In this document: positions 35,538 to 40,350 of the stretch, piece after piece
Position numbering within the stretch: position 1 is the stretch's first letter
Layout: the number at the start of each line of letters is the position of its first letter
Assembly: GCA_000388065.2 (NCBI GenBank)
Contig: KB932204.1
Strand: one strand, 5' to 3'
DNA length: 40,350 nt
Origin: Fonticula alba ATCC 38817
Taxonomy: Eukaryota > Protista > Nucleariida
The notes under the pieces: model-generated
The model's database searches: none
What the model was told of the DNA's origin: nothing
Seen by the model: the letters and a program-made list of their open reading frames with translations, nothing else
Program-made: the position numbers and the translations under genes

Positions 35538-37550
35538 ATGGACATCTCGTCCCTTGGATATGACCCAGCTTTTGCATCCTCACGCTCCAGTGTGACATGC
35601 GAGTTTCCGGCCACAACCATTCACCGTACGCCTCCCTTCGCTCCGGGGAACCTGCATTCTCTTTCGGCATGCACACATGTGCACACGCACCCATGCATGC
35701 GTGTTCACATCTTCACCGGGCTTCATGCGATTGACACTGGCCAACATAGATCTCGTTCGAATCGTCGCCTGTATGGGGAAGTTCTCGGAGGATATTGCCC
35801 TCATTTGCTTTTCCAATCGCGTGCGTAGCATCAGGCCTGAATGATGTTCCCTCGTCGGCATCTGTCTTTCTCTCTATCTCTCTCCCTCTCCCTCCCTCCC
35901 TCCGTCCTACTCACCGTTCTTTGGGGCCATGCAGTTTGATCTCATGTCCTTCAGTTCTTCCTCCTCGGTTCAGATGACATCGCGTCTGCAGCCAGCCTTG
36001 TTCACACGTTTCGAGACTGGCGCGGCCCTGCCTCTGGATGATGATGTCTCCTCCCTCTTCTATGGGGGTGGGCCGTCACCCAACTCCAATTGGGGATCCC
36101 TGGTGCGTGTTGGCGGCCCCGGAAGCTCCACCTTCAGGCACAAACGAAGCGGCCGGATCATCGTCGACCATGAGCCGGTTACCTTCTTGGCCAGTCTCTC
36201 TGCGCAAACCTTCCAGTCTATATTTCATCATCGGGCCACGCGGCGAGTGGAAAAGTGCAAAATGCGCTTTGATCTGAGTCTTTCCATGTGCGACGTGGTT
36301 TTCTATTGCAAAACCGGCATTGTCAAACATTATCGCTTCAATTGGCGAGATCCCTTCGAGGTGCGCTGTCATCCTTCTCGTGTCTGGTCTATTCATGCTC
36401 GGCAGGCAGGGCCCCTGGCGCTCGAGCCTGCGCATGGGCCTCCGCCCTGGCGCTGTGCTGACAGGCACGCACCACCACACACGCGCAATATCCAGGTTCC
36501 CACCTACAAGCCAAGCTCGGAGCATGGGGATGCCCTCATCTCGGCCAAGTTCCTTGACCATTGCCTGGCGGACATTCCCCCGGCCACAAAATTGGTGGCA
36601 CTCCAGTTCCATGTTCCCACTCAGTCGGTGGCCATTCAGACGGTCACGCCGCCACACATTGCCACCGGCACCGGAAGTGGGGCTTCACAGAGGTCCTTCA
36701 ACCCCCGGGGACCCTCCGACAATGGGGGAAGCTCACTGATGGTCAATCGAGGCGCGTCAAGTCCGCGGCCGGTGGCCATGAGCAGCCGATTGGAATTCAC
36801 CGTCGAGGATTTCCACCTTCTTCGGCCACCGTGCTCCTGCCAAGTGGTGTTTGCCTTTCCGGAATTCCGTGTACGTGATGCCTTGTGTCATCTTTGGCGG
36901 CTCTCGGCTGTGACACTTCCTTCGCTCCATCCCTCCCAGCGTTGCGACCACTCAAGGTCCCCCCCCCCCTGCTCACTCGCCCTCCCCCCCCCCCCACACA
37001 CACACACACACATCCATACGCATATGCGTAGGCTTTCCTCACATTCATTGCCGGCAGTTATAAGTATCTCCGGGTGCGCATGCATCCAAGCATGTCGCTG
37101 CATTTTGAAACGGCCCATGACGGACCTCAGGCGGATGTTCCGCAAAATAGCCTTGTGTTGGCGGTTGATCCGAACCCCGAGCAGTATGATATCCCCTGGC
37201 CCGGAGGGGCCGGTGCCGGTGGTCGTACTTCCGAAATGAGCCCCCCCTTTGGTGGGGGAGTGCCGAGAGTTGCTCAAGCAGCTGACCCGTTCGATCTTCC
37301 AGCCATCGCTGGATCTTTGTCTGATCCCTTTGTCCCGAGGGCGCCAACGACCCCGGCCCCCAGCCGGCCGCTTGTCCTCCAGCAGCCAATTGTTTGCCCT
37401 GAAAGCGACTCCGAGGCTGGTGATGGCGGAAGTACGGACGAGGCAATGGGCGACCCGGTGGATGGTGGCTACTTGTCCGGACCGTTGTCCATCCGCGATC
37501 CGGACCTCTCTGACTGGGACTTTAGCAGCGGGTCCGACTCGGACTTCTAG
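35538..37550 (+). CDS. RAD9: Checkpoint clamp (9-1-1) subunit Rad9, ~492 aa
   Basis: Exons 35538-35625, 35750-35820, 35935-36360, 36496-36870 and 37032-37550 (1479 nt). Motifs are colinear with my recollection of Rad9A: HLVRIVACMGKFSEDI (cf. LGKAVHSLSRIGDEL), FQSIF..RRVEKCKMRF..VVFYCKTGIVKHYRFNW (cf. FLSVF..KTVEKCCISL..VQLHCKFGVRKTHNLSF), EDFHLL..QVVFAFPEFRAFLTF (cf. EDFQQL..AITFCLKEFRGLLSF) and MSLHF (cf. LSIHF). It ends in an acidic disordered tail. This is the 9-1-1 Rad9, not the budding-yeast BRCT Rad9. Confidence 0.85.
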
Positions 37551-37789
37551 ACGGGTTTCTTTTTTCCTCGAAATGCAAACGGATGGCAGACCAATACACT
37601 AGACAATGCGAGGACAGCGACCATTCCATATTGCCTGGACATGCCAGTCTGCGTGAATTACCCATGAGGATGAACAACCAAGGAACGTTGCGCGGAAAAC
37701 AAGCTCACATAAGGCGGAGTTTCGACGAGCCCCCTCACACGCGCGCACAGAGAGAGAGAGAGAGAGAATACGATATTTTGTATGGGACT

Positions 37790-37795
37790 TTTATT
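37790..37795 (-). promoter_or_regulatory. Candidate AATAAA polyadenylation signal of the sulfotransferase
   Basis: TTTATT on the + strand, in the AT-richer interval convergent with RAD9. Confidence 0.4.
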
Positions 37796-38176
37796 GAAGT
37801 GGAAAAAAGGACTGCACACACAAGACGAAGGGAGCAGGGCGCACAAGGAATGAAGGAGAGAAGGAGAAGAGGGCAGAATGACGAAGGATTCCCCCTACAA
37901 TAGAGGGAGGAGGGAGGGGGGCAGACGGGGGGGAGAGGAAGGAGATCGCAGCGAGAAAGAGACAGAATTCCAAGCATTGGGGTCGTCTCTCGCTTTCGCA
38001 CATCTCTCCCCCCCCTGTGAGCGGCGGCGCTCCTCGCCCGACACTATGGCACCCGACGAAATAGCTGCCCAGACCTTCGCCCCCTCCCGAAAGGAGGAGA
38101 GAAGAGACGAAGAGCACGGGGCCTTTCCTTGGATCGGCCCCGCATTCGAACTCCCGACCGCCTAATAGGAAGAGAG

Positions 38177-38211
<35 letters not shown>

Positions 38212-38230
38212 GGATGCAGGTCGAATGCGC

Positions 38231-39384
38231 TTAAGCATACTGGGCCTGGTACTCGGCGAAGGTCTCGTCAAGCTCCTGGGCGGAGAGACCGAAGTCCTCG
38301 AGGGTGTAGGTGTTGCGACCGTGCTTGCCCTGGGGGTTGTCGTTGATGAAGCTCCGAAGGGCGTTCTCAAAGGCCGGGGTGAAGTCCATGTCGAAGTGGT
38401 CGTAGATGCGCTTGACCATGGCAACCGGGTCCTTGACGAGCTCGGGGTAGCGGCAGTCGAAGGGCTTGGTGCCGGTGTGGAACTTGCGGAAGCGCTCGAC
38501 ACCCTCGATCATCTTCTGGGAGGCGATGACAGCGTAGCGACCGGCGATGCGGCGGTCGACGGTGGCATCCTCGAAGAACTGCCAGGCCTGGACCTCGATG
38601 AGCTTGGCGAAGGACGGGACCACGGAGTGGACATTGCGGTGGGTGATGACAATGCGGGCATCGGGGAACTGCTTCATGAGATCCTCCATGTACAGGGAGT
38701 GGAAGGGGGACTTGAGCACCCAGTGGGAGTCCGGGGCCCAGGACCACTGCATCATCTGGATGAAGCGCTTGGTGTAGATGTAGGCATACTCCTTGTGGGT
38801 GCAGTCGACGAAGGTGTTGAAGAACTCGTCACCGGCGGCCAGGAGGTAGAACTCCAGGACCAGCTGGTGGAACATGATCATGAGCTCCTCATCGACGATG
38901 AAGGCGCGGGCGGGGTGGGACTTGCTCATCTCGGCGACGGAGCCCGGAGCCAGGCTGTCCAGGGTCTTGAGGCGATCCTCGGTCATCTTGATGCGGGGGT
39001 CGGTGGCGAATCCCTCCTTGGTGGTGGGAGGAGTGGGGTTGTGGAACTGGATCATCTCGAAGAAATAGGGAGACCGGGAGGCCGGGTCGCGAGACATCAG
39101 CCCCTGGAGGAGGGTGGAGCCGGTGCGGGGGAGACCGACAATGATGATCGGGCGATCGATCTTGACGTCGACGATCTCCGGGTGCTCATCGACGAACTTC
39201 ATGACATTGAACCGGGCATTGAGGCACCGGGTCAGGGCCGAGCGGACCATGATCCGACCGATGGCCGAGATGTTGGGGTTGGCCTCGACACCGCGGGTGA
39301 AGATGCGCAGGCTGCGATGGCAGTCGTCCTGAGGGCCGAAGTGCTTGGAGGGGGCGGAATCGATCAGGTCGTGGTAGTGCCTGA

Positions 39385-39423
<39 letters not shown>

Positions 39424-39782
39424 CACGCGTATGTGAGTATAAAGGCGGGGGGGGAGGAACAAGGATGGGTGCGGGCCGAAGGGCCAATGGGTGCGGGAGG
39501 GTCTTTGCAAGTGTGTGTCCGGGTGTGCCGAGGGCAACAGCAGCAGCAGCAGCAAGACGGCCAAACGTCATGAAGGGGCACGCACTGGATGTTGATGGCA
39601 CCAGGGCGCAGGCCGAGGCGGTACATGGCACGGTAGATCATGGCCAGGACGCGGAAGTGGGGGCGGTAGTTCGGGCCACGAGGGAAGTGGTTGCTGCCGA
39701 AGTTCTTCTTGCCCGGAGACTGGCCGAAGACACCGACGAAGACGGCGAGGCCGGCGAGCGCAGAGGCTATGATGTAGAGCAT
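38231..39782 (-). CDS. PAPS-dependent sulfotransferase (Sulfotransfer_3 / mycobacterial Stf-like family) with an N-terminal hydrophobic anchor, 448 aa
   Basis: Exons 39782-39586 and 39380-38231 (1347 nt). Contains the 5'-PSB loop RPIIIVGLPRTGSTLLQGLM, WVLKSPFH, the 3'-PB RIVITHRNVHSVVPSF and FDCRYPELVKDP..VKRIYDHF. The N-terminus MLYIIASALAGLAVFVGVFG is a signal or anchor. Confidence 0.88.
39391..39419. repeat. (GT)n microsatellite next to the acceptor of the sulfotransferase intron
   Basis: About 14 units; CA on the sense strand. Confidence 0.9.
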
Positions 39783-40350
39783 TGTTTATCGGAGGGGGTG
39801 GACTGGGGAGGCGGAGGGGAAGGAGGGAAGAGTGGGAATGGCCGGAGGGAGGGGCGGGAGTGTCAGACGGGATCAGAGGGGAACGGCGAGCCGAAGGGCG
39901 ACAGAGGGGGTGCCGAGGACGTGGCAAGAGTAAAAATGATCGTTATGGTGGATGTGCGGCAACTGATGGCGAGGCAAACATACAGGACCACACACACACA
40001 CACACGCACACACGCTCGGGGGAATACGTGCGGGAAGCCGAAGGGCGAGAGGGCGAGGGGGGGAGGGGGGAGGACTGCGGTCTCGATCGACGAGGCCAAC
40101 AGAGGAAAGGGGGGACAGGCAGGAACGGCAGGCGCTTCTGTCTGAGAGGGGGGGTGGAAGAGGGCTGGACCGGTCCAGCGGACGGCGGGGCAGTCCCCTT
40201 TCTGGCAGCCGGTTGCCTCGGAGGGTGGCAGGTAGGAGAGACTGGGTTGAACCGAGCACAGGCCGCGCTCCAACCTGGCCCCTGCCCCCAGACGAAAACA
40301 CCCACCCGCCTATACGTCCCTACACCCACCCATACACCGGCCCCCCCCCC

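Noticed and set aside
38129-39436. 435-aa plus-strand ORF (similar cases: 18812..19603, 31191..32558, 25083..26939)
   Set aside because: Antisense shadow ORFs of GC-biased genes, with no independent domain signal.

Overview
A GC-rich, intron-rich eukaryotic genomic window with six assembly gaps and many G/C homopolymers and microsatellites. It is probably a unicellular opisthokont, and Fonticula-like is my unverified inference. I reconstructed 11 spliced protein-coding genes by hand; every model that does not cross a gap sums to a multiple of 3. The genes are a TPR protein (-), an RNI-like LRR + U-box E3 ligase (-), phosphatidylinositol synthase (-), Rab2 (-), eIF2-gamma (-), TRAPPC5/Trs31 (-), a short stand-alone BRC-repeat protein (+), DDX54/Dbp10 (+), heat shock factor (-), the 9-1-1 clamp subunit Rad9 (+) and a membrane-anchored Sulfotransfer_3-like enzyme (-). 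Most ORFs in the supplied track are intron-read-through or antisense shadow ORFs. Four signals stand out. (1) A ~356-aa 'mini-BRCA2' with three BRC repeats and an FKPP motif, with no room for a DNA-binding domain. (2) Two perfect heat-shock elements 53 bp apart in the divergent promoter shared by HSF and RAD9. (3) A 5' splice-site consensus GTN(C/T)G(T/C) with no A at +4 in about 51 introns, while a perfect GTAAGT inside an exon is unused. (4) An LRR-U-box gene whose LRR exons are symmetric phase-1 modules. No tRNA, rRNA, transposon or CRISPR array was recognised.
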